Below, in pieces: positions 11,200 through 21,144 of a DNA stretch of 64,000 nt. The notes below the pieces were generated by a model. It saw only the letters and a list, made by a program, of their open reading frames with translations, searched no databases and had not been told where the DNA came from. The stretch lies in the NCBI RefSeq assembly GCF_056746865.1, contig NZ_CM163382.1; one strand, given 5' to 3'. The translations under genes were made by a program, and so were the position numbers. Every line of letters starts with the position of its first letter. Within the stretch, counting starts at the first letter, position 1.

Positions 11200-11805
11200 T
11201 CAGCCACGACTGCAGCCAAAGTTGCGCTCACCGGTGCCGTAAGCTTTGGTACTCTCCTTCGCCAGATAGTCAGCACGCTCCAGCACCTGCTGAAAGCCGG
11301 TGTCATCATCGCGTTCCAGCCACACAGCCGGCCTGACCGGAAAATGCGCCAGCGTGGTATGATCTCCGGTATCCACTCCCAGGGCACTGCACCACGCCTG
11401 TTTAATCATCCCGGCCAGTGATCCCGGAGCGCGGTAATCACCGGCACGACACCAGGTATCCCGGTTGACCAGCAGCATCAGGTGATAGTGTTTTTTACCT
11501 TTGCACTCCCCAAACTCCCGGGCCCAGACGTAATGCAGGGTTGTGGGATGCACGCGTTTACCTTCCCGATGCTTACGTTTCTGGTAAGCGTCGATTCGGG
11601 CTTTCAGGGCATTAATGAAGCGGGATATCACAGCTGCGTCCGTTGCTGCCGGTACATCCGGGAAACGCAGGTCAACCCGCAATGCCGTCAGGCGGGGATG
11701 AACATTCAGTGCGTGCCGCACCGTCTCACGAATACGTTGCTGCCAGAAGGGGTTGTATTTGTAGGTCATGGTTAAATCTCCGTATGGTTCATACGGAATA
11801 GCCAC
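11200..11805 (-). CDS. YfjJ/YagK-like island protein (inovirus Gp2-type family)
   Basis: 201 aa; paralog of 7929..8495. Confidence 0.55.
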   Translation of the reverse strand: MAIPYEPYGDLTMTYKYNPFWQQRIRETVRHALNVHPRLTALRVDLRFPDVPAATDAAVISRFINALKARIDAYQKRKHREGKRVHPTTLHYVWAREFGECKGKKHYHLMLLVNRDTWCRAGDYRAPGSLAGMIKQAWCSALGVDTGDHTTLAHFPVRPAVWLERDDDTGFQQVLERADYLAKESTKAYGTGERNFGCSRG

Positions 11806-11964
11806 GTCGTAAAAAATACGCAGAGTCCCTGAAGTGACCTCCGGCAGGACACTGTCTCAGGCACTCTGTGATAACCCGAACGGTCGTCTCCGGACTGACG
11901 GTTGAATTTTCAGCGTCGTTTTTTAATGTAAAAAACCGGTTACGGGTAAGGCTGTGAGGAGGGA

Positions 11965-12165
11965 GTGATGGTGATACGCAAAAAGAAGTGCAGGGACTGT
12001 GGTAACGCGATTACTCATAATACAGTTTGTTGCCCGTATTGTGGCGCTGTCGACCCCTTCGGTTATTACCGGAAGACCGATCGTCTGCTCTGTTTACTGA
12101 CGTTACTGCTGGTGCTGATTCTGGTTACCGTTTCAGGCGTCAGTGTATTTGTACTGTTGCAGTAG
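11965..12165 (+). CDS. small hypothetical protein with zinc-ribbon motif and C-terminal hydrophobic helix
   Basis: 66 aa; C-x2-C…C-x2-C followed by LLCLLTLLLVLILVTVSGVSVFVLL; no homolog recognised. Confidence 0.3.
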   Translation: MMVIRKKKCRDCGNAITHNTVCCPYCGAVDPFGYYRKTDRLLCLLTLLLVLILVTVSGVSVFVLLQ

Positions 12166-12249
12166 GTTACAGGGGAGGGATTATCAGGAATCGGCGGGGC
12201 AGAGCGACCCGCTGCGTTTGTTGTGCCAGACAGTAACGCACCGGCTCCC

Positions 12250-12325
12250 TGCAAAATGGTACCTGAATCAATCACAGTCAGGTATTCCGCCAATCCGTGA
12301 TCGAATCGAGCGGAATACTCAGCCC
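12250..12325. repeat. miniature remnant matching both termini of the IS21-family element at 18514-21142
   Basis: GCAAAATGGTACCTGAATCAATC matches the IS left end (GCAAAATGGCATCTGAATCGATC) and CCAATCCGTGATCGAATCGAGCGGAATAC matches the IS right end (CCAATCCGTGATCGAATAGAGCGGAATAC). Confidence 0.45.
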
Positions 12326-12497
12326 CGACAAATACGAGTCCCCTTCAGAAGATACAGGCCGGTAATGCCTGAACGCCTGCCCCTCTGTACACCATTCCCT
12401 TTTGATTTCGAATTCTTTGTTGCCGTTATACTGCTTAATGTTCCCGATCTTCCGGTGCACAGATAACACCGGAGTCATCGTAGCGCGGATTCAAGAT

Positions 12498-12710
12498 TCA
12501 GGTGACATATTTCCAGACGGAAGCCGGCACGCGATCGTAAAGTTTGTTCATTGTCAGTTCTGCCAGCCGGTTGTCAACGGCAGAGTTAAAGGCTTCCAGC
12601 TCCGCAGGGGTAAGTTTATAACGTGTGTGGGAAATCACTTTTTCCAGCGTCTCCCGGGATGAACAACGACGGAACTGATACAGCCAGTCTTCTTTGGTTT
12701 TAACTTCCAT
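12498..12710 (-). CDS. small hypothetical protein
   Basis: 70-aa ORF with coding-like composition (MEVKTKEDWLYQFRRCSSRETLEKVISHTRYKLTPAELEAF…); function unknown. Confidence 0.4.
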   Translation of the reverse strand: MEVKTKEDWLYQFRRCSSRETLEKVISHTRYKLTPAELEAFNSAVDNRLAELTMNKLYDRVPASVWKYVT

Positions 12711-13434
12711 TAGCCTCTCATTACTTTATGCTGCGGTTAACAGGATGCTGTCAGCATACCGCACCAGCCTGGCATTCTGGTACCCTCCCCAAACTCATTA
12801 CTCCCGTGCCACCACTTAACCGGTCTCTCAGACTGTCACTCACCAGGTCGGATACGTTTACCGCTCAGACGGATGCTTAATGCACTCTGTTCACGTGTGT
12901 TGCAGGTACGTTTTATATACGCAGGTTATACGCCAGCTATCAGAGATAGCCCTGTGGGTACAACGCAATCTGCTGCTACTGCGTTCTCATGCCCACTGAT
13001 CGCACTCACAGTGTTTATTTCACATATATGAACTCATGTATTTGATCTCATGTGTTTGATCTCTCTTATATATTTATAATACCAATCAGACAGTCTTATC
13101 CCACCAGTGATAACTGTCGCCTGCCCACAGGTCACAGGCTGATATACCACAACCGCCTTCAAAAACAACTCTGCAATTATCAGAACGCTAGTTTTCCCCT
13201 TGTCTCACGAAAGTCCTCCCTCCTTTATCGCGTGCGCGTGCGGAAGCATCGTTTCGCAACAACCACCCGACATACCGGTACAGCTCAGCCACCGCAATCC
13301 CCCCGTTTATCTCCTGACGGTCACATTCCCGATTATTTTTTACGTTTCTCCCCGGTTGTTATGCCGGTGAAGGTGGTGCGTTGTTTTCATCACCAACGCC
13401 GGTTGAGATTAACAACATCCGGAGGAACATTCTC

Positions 13435-13641
13435 ATGACCCCCCCAGTTTCACTGATGGATGACCAGATGGTCGACATGGCGTTTATCACTCAACTGACT
13501 GGCCTGACCGATAAGTGGTTTTACAAACTCATCAGGGATGGGGCCTTTCCGGCCCCCATCAAGCTGGGCCGCAGTTCCCGCTGGCTGAAAAGTGAAGTGG
13601 AAGCCTGGCTGCAGGCGCGTATTGCACAGTCCCGTCCGTAA
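13435..13641 (+). CDS. alpA: AlpA-family prophage transcriptional regulator
   Basis: ATG at 13435 within ORF 13381..13641; …MAFITQLTGLTDKWFYKLIRDGAFPAPIKLGRSSRWLKSEVEAWL… is the characteristic AlpA/MerR-like HTH. Confidence 0.7.
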   Translation: MTPPVSLMDDQMVDMAFITQLTGLTDKWFYKLIRDGAFPAPIKLGRSSRWLKSEVEAWLQARIAQSRP

Positions 13642-13721
13642 TTTCTGACCGTTATCCGTTCACCCGCAGCAGACGTAATCCCCGGCCTGCCGGCGGCATT
13701 CTGCTGCCTGTTATATCCCCC

Positions 13722-14339
13722 GTGAGGAATATGAAAATGAAACAACAGTATCAGACCCGTTACGAACTGCTCCACGAAAGCTACCAGAAATGGCTGACCG
13801 GCTTCACCCGGCACGCCGTATCCTGGGGCGTGTGTCATCCGAATATCTACTACTTCCATAATCTGACGCCCGGGTGGGTGTCATTCAATGGTGAAAAACC
13901 GGAGATTGCCATCGTACCCCAGAGCCTGCACCGGCTGATTTATGGCCCTGACAAACGGGCCACGCCGCCCCTGGATGATGATCTGATAGTGAATTTATGC
14001 ACCAGTGAACATCTGCTGGTTCATCATCCGATGCTGGAAGGCATTCTCCTGTCTGAATGTGAACGTCTGAGGCAGCGTTCTCTGGCAAATAAACTGATTA
14101 GCCTCTTCCGTCAGTTTGGTGGCACGGAGTTGCGCCTCAAACTGGTCTGGCTTTGCTGGCTTGATTTAATGACCGGAAACAGCCTTGAAGACTGGAAAGA
14201 GAACCTGAAACGGAAATCAGAAAAAGAGCTGGAGGAATGGATCATCAACCGTCAGAGGCAGAGCGCAGCACTGACGGATCTGATGGATCAGTACGTGCTC
14301 CTGGCATACCGCACAACGGTTGACGATAGCCGCAACTGA
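13722..14339 (+). CDS. hypothetical protein
   Basis: 205-aa ORF immediately downstream of alpA; no family recognised. Confidence 0.45.
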   Translation: MRNMKMKQQYQTRYELLHESYQKWLTGFTRHAVSWGVCHPNIYYFHNLTPGWVSFNGEKPEIAIVPQSLHRLIYGPDKRATPPLDDDLIVNLCTSEHLLVHHPMLEGILLSECERLRQRSLANKLISLFRQFGGTELRLKLVWLCWLDLMTGNSLEDWKENLKRKSEKELEEWIINRQRQSAALTDLMDQYVLLAYRTTVDDSRN

Positions 14340-15541
14340 TGCCGGTTGCTTCCGGAAGGTGTGACAAAATACGGAAATGATGATGCTCCCGGCCCTGCAT
14401 GCTCACCTGCAGAGCGTGTTCGTCGTCATCATACTGAGCCATGACGGGCGTCTTAAGGGCATCCTGTCATTGCTGAGCAGGCAACACCACCAGAGGAGCC
14501 ACGGACAGGGATGTTCTTTACAGCCCGATACACGCCAGGTTCTCAGCAGACTGAATGTGCAGGTGCGGTTATTCACCAGAAATGGCATGCTGCGGTACAT
14601 ACCCATCCTGGTGACAATATGTACGTGGCGACAGCGATCCCGGCACTGTGGAAGAGACTCACTCAGCCTGCAGGATATTCTTTCCGGCATCCGGGAATGT
14701 CCGCCTGAATGCAAACAGGATGATATTTGAATCCGTAATACTGTTCTTTCATCATAAATAATTTATGCAGATACAGTTAACCGTTACAGTAGCAGGTTTG
14801 TTTTACCGGGAAATAATATCCGTCAGACTGATGCCGGAACATATCTGAAACACGTTATGATGTTTTGTTATCAGAAATGTTGTATATTCTTATCCGTGGC
14901 GACAGTTTAATGCCCTCTGGTATCACCTTGGATAATGCATATCCTGCGATGATTCGTTATATTTACGGGACACGCCTCTTTTCATTGTGCTCCTTTTCAG
15001 ACTTCATTTTCCGTAAGTGTTCCCCGGCATAAAGGAGGTACCTTTCTGGCGTTTATAACTCTCTTTATCGGTGACGCCGGTAATACAGGGAATACCACAC
15101 CGACAAACGAGGTATTAACAGACGATATTTCAGTGTCCATAATTTTTCTGTCCGGTTAAATAACGTCAGTCTGCTGCCCTCTGACTGTAATCATCAAAGC
15201 CGGAATGCATACCGGGTTACAACGTAAAAAAAGTGATGCTGGCCCCCGGTGCAGCTGGCGGGCGAAACATGTTTACCTTTCAATACCCCCTGTCTGCAGT
15301 CTCCACTCTTCCATCCTCTTAAGCTACGTCGGCCACATGAATGCACTTCCATGATAACAGGTATTCCTGTCAGCATAACGAAGCCGGTTACCTTCCCTTC
15401 CTCCTGCACTTCCTGTCATAATGACTATACAGCGCGCAGATTGCCTTTTTATTGACCACCTTAATATACCATTATAAACTTCTTTTTATCATGTTATTAT
15501 CACCTTGTTATGTTTAATTTTTAAGCAACCGGAGAAAGGGG

Positions 15542-16459
15542 ATGGTTCAGAAAATTTTGTCGGATAAGGTTATGAATGAAAGAACAAATGCGTATTACTC
15601 TTATTATCTTGGAGAGCGTAATATCTCCGTACTGCCCCTTAATGTTTATGATCCCCCGGAACGTTTTATCGCTTACATAAAAAAAAACAGAGAAAATCTG
15701 AACATCACACTTTCAGATTTTGAACTTGAACAAATAATTTCTGGTATGCGTCTGAAGGCACTGGCCTTCCTGGTCCCCCTGGAAAAAATATCCTGGATCG
15801 CGGGCAGTGAACGCGCATGCTTATTTTCCTGGTATCTGTTGATGCAGTTTATCCAGAATAACAGGGCAAAAATAAGTGCAGACTTGCTTCAAAAGAATAA
15901 ACTGTATCTTAAAGAAGAGTATTTAGAAGGGAATGCCTTCCCGTCGGACTCATCGACACAGTTCAGACAAATACTCAGAGTTCTCGATATTCTTTCTGAT
16001 AAGAATTTGCGGGATGAGTGGATAATCCAGACCAAAGACAGATGGATGCGGGCATTTAAATCAAAGAGCCCTTTCAGTTACCTCCTCCCGGAGAACGAAC
16101 ATGAATGCATATGGACATGGAATTATTTAAAGGAAAAAAATATTGCACTGGACAACCTGGCCAGTTTTCCTGGTTCTGCTGATATTTACCACGCAATTCA
16201 CCTTTCATTTGACATATGGGTTACCCATCCATCTGCCTCACCTGACGATATAAAAAATTTCAGGAACAGTTTCAATAAGGCCAAGGCACAGCGCAAGTAC
16301 AAAAAAATGCAGGAAGATAAAGTCAATGTACAGTTTTTTCTTGACGCAGAAACCAGGGCGCAGCTCAAAGAATTATCGAGGGCCAGAAGACTCAGTACTG
16401 GCGAAATGCTGCATGACCTGATTGTTGAAGAGTATAAAAGGTACCGACATTCCAGATAA
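15542..16459 (+). CDS. hypothetical protein, AT-rich gene with ribbon-helix-helix-like C-terminus
   Basis: 305-aa ORF with markedly lower GC than its neighbours; C-terminal …VQFFLDAETRAQLKELSRARRLSTGEMLHDLIVEEYKRY fits the beta-strand/helix/helix pattern of CopG/Arc-type RHH domains. Confidence 0.45.
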   Translation: MVQKILSDKVMNERTNAYYSYYLGERNISVLPLNVYDPPERFIAYIKKNRENLNITLSDFELEQIISGMRLKALAFLVPLEKISWIAGSERACLFSWYLLMQFIQNNRAKISADLLQKNKLYLKEEYLEGNAFPSDSSTQFRQILRVLDILSDKNLRDEWIIQTKDRWMRAFKSKSPFSYLLPENEHECIWTWNYLKEKNIALDNLASFPGSADIYHAIHLSFDIWVTHPSASPDDIKNFRNSFNKAKAQRKYKKMQEDKVNVQFFLDAETRAQLKELSRARRLSTGEMLHDLIVEEYKRYRHSR

Positions 16460-16542
16460 TTTCAGACATATATTATCTCCGTGAATCCCCCGCCACCTTT
16501 CCGGTGTGTGGGGTTTTGTCTTTTTTCACCGGGAATACATGT

Positions 16543-17415
16543 ATGAATCCGTCTGATGCCATTGAGGCAATTGAAAAACCGCTCTCCTCCCTGCCTTACT
16601 CACTTTCCCGTCACATCCTGGAACATCTGCGTAAACTCACCAGTCACGAACCCGTGATTGGCATTATGGGTAAAAGCGGGGCCGGTAAATCCTCACTCTG
16701 TAATACACTGTTTCAGGGGGAGGTCACCCCGGTCAGTGATGTTCACGCCGGCACCCGGGAAGTGCAGCGCTTCCGTCTGAGTGGCCATGGTCACAGCATG
16801 GTTATCACTGACCTGCCCGGGGTGGGCGAGAGTCGTGACAGGGATGCAGAGTATGAAGCCCTGTACCGTGACATTCTGCCTGAACTGGACCTGGTACTGT
16901 GGCTGATTAAAGCCGATGACCGGGCCCTGTCTGTGGATGAGTATTTCTGGCGACACATCCTGCACCGGGGACATCAGCAGGTGCTGTTTGTGGTGACGCA
17001 GGCCGACAAAACGGAGCCCTGCCATGAATGGGATATGGCCGGCATTCAGCCTTCTCCCGCACAGGCACAGAACATTCGCGAAAAAACGGAGGCGGTATTC
17101 CGTCTGTTCCGGCCCGTACATCCGGTTGTTGCCGTATCGGCCCGCACCGGCTGGGAACTGGATACGCTGGTCAGTGCGCTCATGACAGCGCTTCCCGACC
17201 ATGCCGCCAGTCCCCTGATGACCCGCCTGCAGGACGAGCTGCGCACGGAATCTGTCCGGGGTCAGGCCCGTGAACAGTTTACCGGTGCGGTGGACCGGAT
17301 ATTTGACACGGCGGAGAGCGTCTGTGTTGCCTCTGTTGCCCGTACGGTTCTGCGTGCCGTCCGTGACACGGTGGTCTCTGTTGCCCGCGCTGTATGGAAC
17401 TGGATTTTCTTCTGA
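16543..17415 (+). CDS. yeeP: YeeP/YfjP/YkfA-family GTPase
   Basis: ATG at 16543 in ORF 16504..17415; P-loop GIMGKSGAGKSS and downstream DLPGVGES motif; located just upstream of flu as yeeP is in CP4-44. Confidence 0.75.
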   Translation: MNPSDAIEAIEKPLSSLPYSLSRHILEHLRKLTSHEPVIGIMGKSGAGKSSLCNTLFQGEVTPVSDVHAGTREVQRFRLSGHGHSMVITDLPGVGESRDRDAEYEALYRDILPELDLVLWLIKADDRALSVDEYFWRHILHRGHQQVLFVVTQADKTEPCHEWDMAGIQPSPAQAQNIREKTEAVFRLFRPVHPVVAVSARTGWELDTLVSALMTALPDHAASPLMTRLQDELRTESVRGQAREQFTGAVDRIFDTAESVCVASVARTVLRAVRDTVVSVARAVWNWIFF

Positions 17416-17524
17416 ACAGTCTGCCAGGGAAATGCCTGATAACATTACGTTAACCAACTGAAAACATGACACAACCCCCTCATACTCCTCCTGTTTCTCT
17501 TGCGTGACTGCCTTGCTGTTAATA

Positions 17525-17575
17525 GAATATAACGATCGATAAAACAGATATCGATCGTTACTATCGATCGTTTAT
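17525..17575 (+). promoter_or_regulatory. flu (agn43) phase-variation switch: three GATC Dam sites within the OxyR-binding region
   Basis: CGATCGATAAAACAGATATCGATCGTTACTATCGATCG with GATC at 17534, 17553 and 17566, about 220 bp upstream of the flu start. Confidence 0.7.
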
Positions 17576-17721
17576 AGTGGTTAATGGTCTGCGAAAAGGC
17601 AGCTGAATCTCTTCATCATGCAGAACGGAATTGCACACAACGGACTGATACTTCTCTGGCGGATGAGAGAGGGGAAGCATTTATGTCCGGGAAAAACCAC
17701 TTTATCTGACCATGCTGTTTT

Positions 17722-17761
17722 GTACCTGCCGGTATCCACTTTTGTGGGTACCGGCTTTTTT
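17722..17761 (+). other. stem-loop plus T-run in the flu 5' leader (terminator-like; may close an IsrC-like small RNA or act as a leader structure)
   Basis: GTACCTGCCGGTATCCAC-TTTT-GTGGGTACCGGC followed by TTTTTT, ending about 25 nt before the flu ATG. Confidence 0.35.
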
Positions 17762-17786
17762 ATTCACCCTCTGTAAGGAAAAGCTG

Positions 17787-18515
17787 ATGAAACGACATCT
17801 GAACACCAGCTACAGGCTGGTATGGAATCACATTACGGGTACCCTGGTGGTGGCCTCCGAACTGGCCCGCTCACGGGGAAAACGCGCCGGTGTGGCGATT
17901 GCGCTGTCTCTTGCTGCTGTCACATCAGTCCCGGCACTGGCTGCTGACACGGTTGTACAGGCGGGAGAAACCGTGAGCGGCGGAACACTGACAAATCATG
18001 ACAACCAGATTGTATCCGGAACAGCTGATGGCGTGACTGTCAGTACCGGGCTTGAGCTGGGGCCGGACAGTGACGAAAACACCGGCGGGCAATGGATAAA
18101 AGCGGGTGGCACAGGCAGAAACACCACTGTCACCGCAAATGGTCGTCAGATTGTGCAGGCAGGAGGAACTGCCAGTGATACGGTTATTCGTGATGGCGGA
18201 GGGCAGAGCCTTAACGGACTGGCGGTGAACACCACGCTGGATAACAGAGGTGAGCAGTGGGTACACGGGGGAGGGAAAGCTGCCGGTACAATTATTAACC
18301 AGGATGGTTACCAGACCATAAAACATGGCGGACTGGCAACCGGAACCATCGTCAACACCGGTGCAGAAGGTGGTCCGGAGTCTGAAAATGTGTCCAGCGG
18401 TCAGATGGTCGGAGGGACGGCTGAATCCACCACCATCAACAAAAATGGCCGGCAGGTTATCTGGTCTTCGGGGATGGCACGGGACACCCTCATTTACGCC
18501 GGTGGTGACCAGACT
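17787..18515 (+). pseudogene. flu: antigen 43 (Ag43) autotransporter, 5' portion interrupted by an IS
   Basis: MKRHLNTSYRLVWNHITGTLVVASELARSRGKRAGVAIALSLAAVTSVPALAADTVVQ… matches the Ag43 signal peptide and passenger domain; identity ends at …YAGGDQT where IS sequence begins. Confidence 0.85.
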
Positions 18516-18716
18516 GCAAAATGGCATCTGAATCGATCGCAGTTTGGCATTCGAATCGATCATGATTTGGCATCCATCTCCGATCACAGTTTGGCATCAC
18601 AATCGATCACGATTTGGCATGCTTCCGATCATTGATTGGCATCCTGCCAGTCACTCCGGGAATTAACTCTTTTCACCACAGTCTCCATTGCCGTGTTTAA
18701 ACCAGTGGAGACGTCA

Positions 18717-20282
18717 ATGTCCAGAAAGAGAAAATCCAGGAGCACTATGGAAACCTGTTTTAAGATTCTTCAGCTCAAGTTCGACAAGAAGCTGACTAAC
18801 CGTTGTATCGGACTGACGTTACACATCAGCGCCTCAACCGTTTTTGAGGTTCTTGCCCGCTTCAAAGCCTCTTCTCTGTCATGGCCATTACCTGCTGATA
18901 TATCCCATGACACGCTGGAGAAACTCATTTTTCCGCCCAAAGACACCTTTGCATCAGAGCTTGTAATGCCTGACATGTTGTACCTCGATACGGAAATGAG
19001 AAAACCAGGTGTGACGCGGCAACTGTTGTGGATGGAATACAAGGCACAGGCGGGTAACAAAGCGATGGGATACTCGCACTTCTGCCGTTGCTACCGGGAG
19101 TGGAAAAAAACGCGACGTCTCTCCATGCGCCAGGAGCATCGTGCCGGCGAAAAGCTTTTTATCGACTTCTGTGGTCCTACGGTTCCTGTTATTAATCCGG
19201 ACACCGGTGAGATACGCCGCGTGGCAATCTTCGTGGCCGTAATGGGGGCGTCCAACTATACCTACGTTGAAGCGTGCGAAGGTCAGGACATGATGTCATG
19301 GTTAAATGCCCACAGCCGTTGCCTGACCTTCCTGGGCGGCGTACCGAAGCTGCTCATCCCCGATAACCTCAGAAGCGCAGTGAAAAAGGCCGATCGATAT
19401 GAGCCTGTCATCAACGACAGTTATCAGGCACTGGCTGAGCACTATGGCACGGTTATCATCCCGGCCCGACCACGCAAACCTAAAGATAAACCAAAAGCAG
19501 AAAACGGCGTCCTCATCGTCGAACGATGGCTTCTTGCCCGCATCCGTAATGAAACCTTCCACACGCTCAGGGCGCTGAATGCGCGCCTTAGGGAGTTACT
19601 GACAGACATGAATAACCGGCCAATGAAGGGGTACGGCAATCAAACCCGTGCAGAACGCTTCCGCATACTGGATGCGCCAGCACTCTCTCCGCTGCCTCTG
19701 GCACCTTATGAATACACGGAATACAAAGCTGTGAAGGTTGGCCCTGACTACCACGTTGAATATGCCCGTCACTGGTACTCCGTTCCACACGAACTGGTCG
19801 GTCAGCGTCTGTCACTGAAGGCGGGGCAGTCGGTGGTACAGCTCTGGCACAAGGGGCAGTGTGTGGCGCAACATCCGCGCAGCACACATGAATATAAACA
19901 CACAACCAATCCGCTTCACATGCCAGAGCGCCACCGGCAGCACGGGACATGGACACCGGAACGCCTGATCGAGCAGGGAAAACGTACGGGCCCGTCCACA
20001 GGCCGGGTGGTTGAATCCATGCTGAAGGCAAAACCCCATCCGGAACTGGCTTATCGTGCAGTTCTGGGGCTGCTGGCACTTCAGAAAAAATACGGCCCGG
20101 AACGGCTGGAAAAGGCCTGTTACGTTGCCCTGCACTATAACGCCCCTGACAGACGCTTTATCGACAATCTGCTGCGTCACCATCGGGAGAACCTGGAGCT
20201 TCCATTATCCCGCCAGGGCGAACAACATCCGGCATATGCTTCAGAGCATGAAAACCTGCGTGGTCCGGGCTACTACCACTGA
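18717..20282 (+). CDS. istA: IS21-family transposase IstA
   Basis: Large ORF 18636..20282 with integrase-core features (…LFIDFCGPTVPV…); the start codon is uncertain (18636, 18717 or 18747). Confidence 0.75.
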   Translation: MSRKRKSRSTMETCFKILQLKFDKKLTNRCIGLTLHISASTVFEVLARFKASSLSWPLPADISHDTLEKLIFPPKDTFASELVMPDMLYLDTEMRKPGVTRQLLWMEYKAQAGNKAMGYSHFCRCYREWKKTRRLSMRQEHRAGEKLFIDFCGPTVPVINPDTGEIRRVAIFVAVMGASNYTYVEACEGQDMMSWLNAHSRCLTFLGGVPKLLIPDNLRSAVKKADRYEPVINDSYQALAEHYGTVIIPARPRKPKDKPKAENGVLIVERWLLARIRNETFHTLRALNARLRELLTDMNNRPMKGYGNQTRAERFRILDAPALSPLPLAPYEYTEYKAVKVGPDYHVEYARHWYSVPHELVGQRLSLKAGQSVVQLWHKGQCVAQHPRSTHEYKHTTNPLHMPERHRQHGTWTPERLIEQGKRTGPSTGRVVESMLKAKPHPELAYRAVLGLLALQKKYGPERLEKACYVALHYNAPDRRFIDNLLRHHRENLELPLSRQGEQHPAYASEHENLRGPGYYH

Positions 20283-20298
20283 CAGAAGGAACAACAGT

Positions 20299-21054
20299 AT
20301 GAGTGATAACCTGTTAAACAAACTGACCCAACTGAAACTCCCGGCGATGGCCGGGAGCCTGATACGGCAGCGGGAAACGCCTCAGACCTACGACGAACTG
20401 TCGTTCGAGGAAAGGCTGACGCTGCTGGTTGATGACGAGCTTCTGAGCAGGGAAAACAGCCGTGTGGCACGGTTGAGAAAAAATGCCGGCCTGAAATACC
20501 AGGCAACACCGGAAGGGCTGCGCTATCCGGCCTCAAGAGGTCTGCGGGCTGAACAGATGAGAGAACTGCTGAACGGCCACTACATAACCCACAGGAAAAA
20601 CCTGCTGATAACCGGTCCGACAGGATGTGGCAAGAGCTGGATAGCCAATGCGCTGGGCGAACAGGCATGTCGACAGAAACACAGCGTCCGGTACTGTAGA
20701 ACCGGGCGATTACTGGAACAACTGGCTCAGGGACGTGTTGATGGCAGCTGGCTGAAATATCTGAAACAGTTGCAAAAAATACAGGTTCTAATCCTGGACG
20801 ATCTGGGGCTGGAACAGTTAAGTAACGCCCAGTGTAATGACCTTCTGGAGCTCATAGAGGATCGTTACGGACAAAGCAGCACGATAGTGGTAAGCCAGTT
20901 CCCGGTAGATAAATGGCATGGTCTGATGGAGAACCCAACAACAGCAGATGCCATCCTGGACAGACTGGTACATAACTCACACCGGGTGGTCCTTCAGGGA
21001 GAGTCACTGAGGAAAAATCCCCCGGTAGTGGAAAGCAGCGAAAAAACGCGTTAA
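20299..21054 (+). CDS. istB: IS21-family helper ATPase IstB
   Basis: 251 aa from the ATG at 20299; Walker A GPTGCGKSW and Walker B VLILDDLG. Confidence 0.85.
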   Translation: MSDNLLNKLTQLKLPAMAGSLIRQRETPQTYDELSFEERLTLLVDDELLSRENSRVARLRKNAGLKYQATPEGLRYPASRGLRAEQMRELLNGHYITHRKNLLITGPTGCGKSWIANALGEQACRQKHSVRYCRTGRLLEQLAQGRVDGSWLKYLKQLQKIQVLILDDLGLEQLSNAQCNDLLELIEDRYGQSSTIVVSQFPVDKWHGLMENPTTADAILDRLVHNSHRVVLQGESLRKNPPVVESSEKTR

Positions 21055-21144
21055 AAAGCGGTAGAAAAAGTTAAGTTCCCGGTTGATCGAATGGATGCGA
21101 ATCGCTGATCGGACTTCGATGCCAATCCGTGATCGAATAGAGCG

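Larger units (their letters stand above)
18514..21142 (+). mobile_element. IS21-family insertion sequence (istA-istB) inserted in flu; boundaries approximate
   Basis: Repeated TTTGGCAT motifs at the left end and complementary ATGCCAA motifs at the right end; istA and istB in tandem; flanking ACCAGA(C) duplicated on both sides (18508-18514 and 21143-21149). Confidence 0.8.

Noticed and set aside
14377-14730. Overlapping ORFs on both strands (14377..14730 +, 14403..14714 -, 14245..14442 -) downstream of the 205-aa gene
   Set aside because: Mutually overlapping, Cys/Arg/His-rich low-complexity translations with no recognisable domain; cannot be separated from chance ORFs, though a decayed pseudogene is not excluded.
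16693-17472. 259-aa minus-strand ORF overlapping the yeeP-like GTPase gene
   Set aside because: Fully antisense to an ORF with clear P-loop GTPase motifs; no start context or recognisable protein features.
18516-18650. Short tandem TTTGGCAT-containing repeats that could be taken for a CRISPR-like or iteron array
   Set aside because: They lie at the terminus of the IS21-family element and are mirrored by complementary repeats at the other end; this is the multi-repeat terminal structure of IS21-family elements, not a CRISPR array.
19588-20183. Minus-strand ORFs (19588..20079, 19812..20183) inside istA
   Set aside because: Antisense to the IS21-family transposase gene; no independent support.
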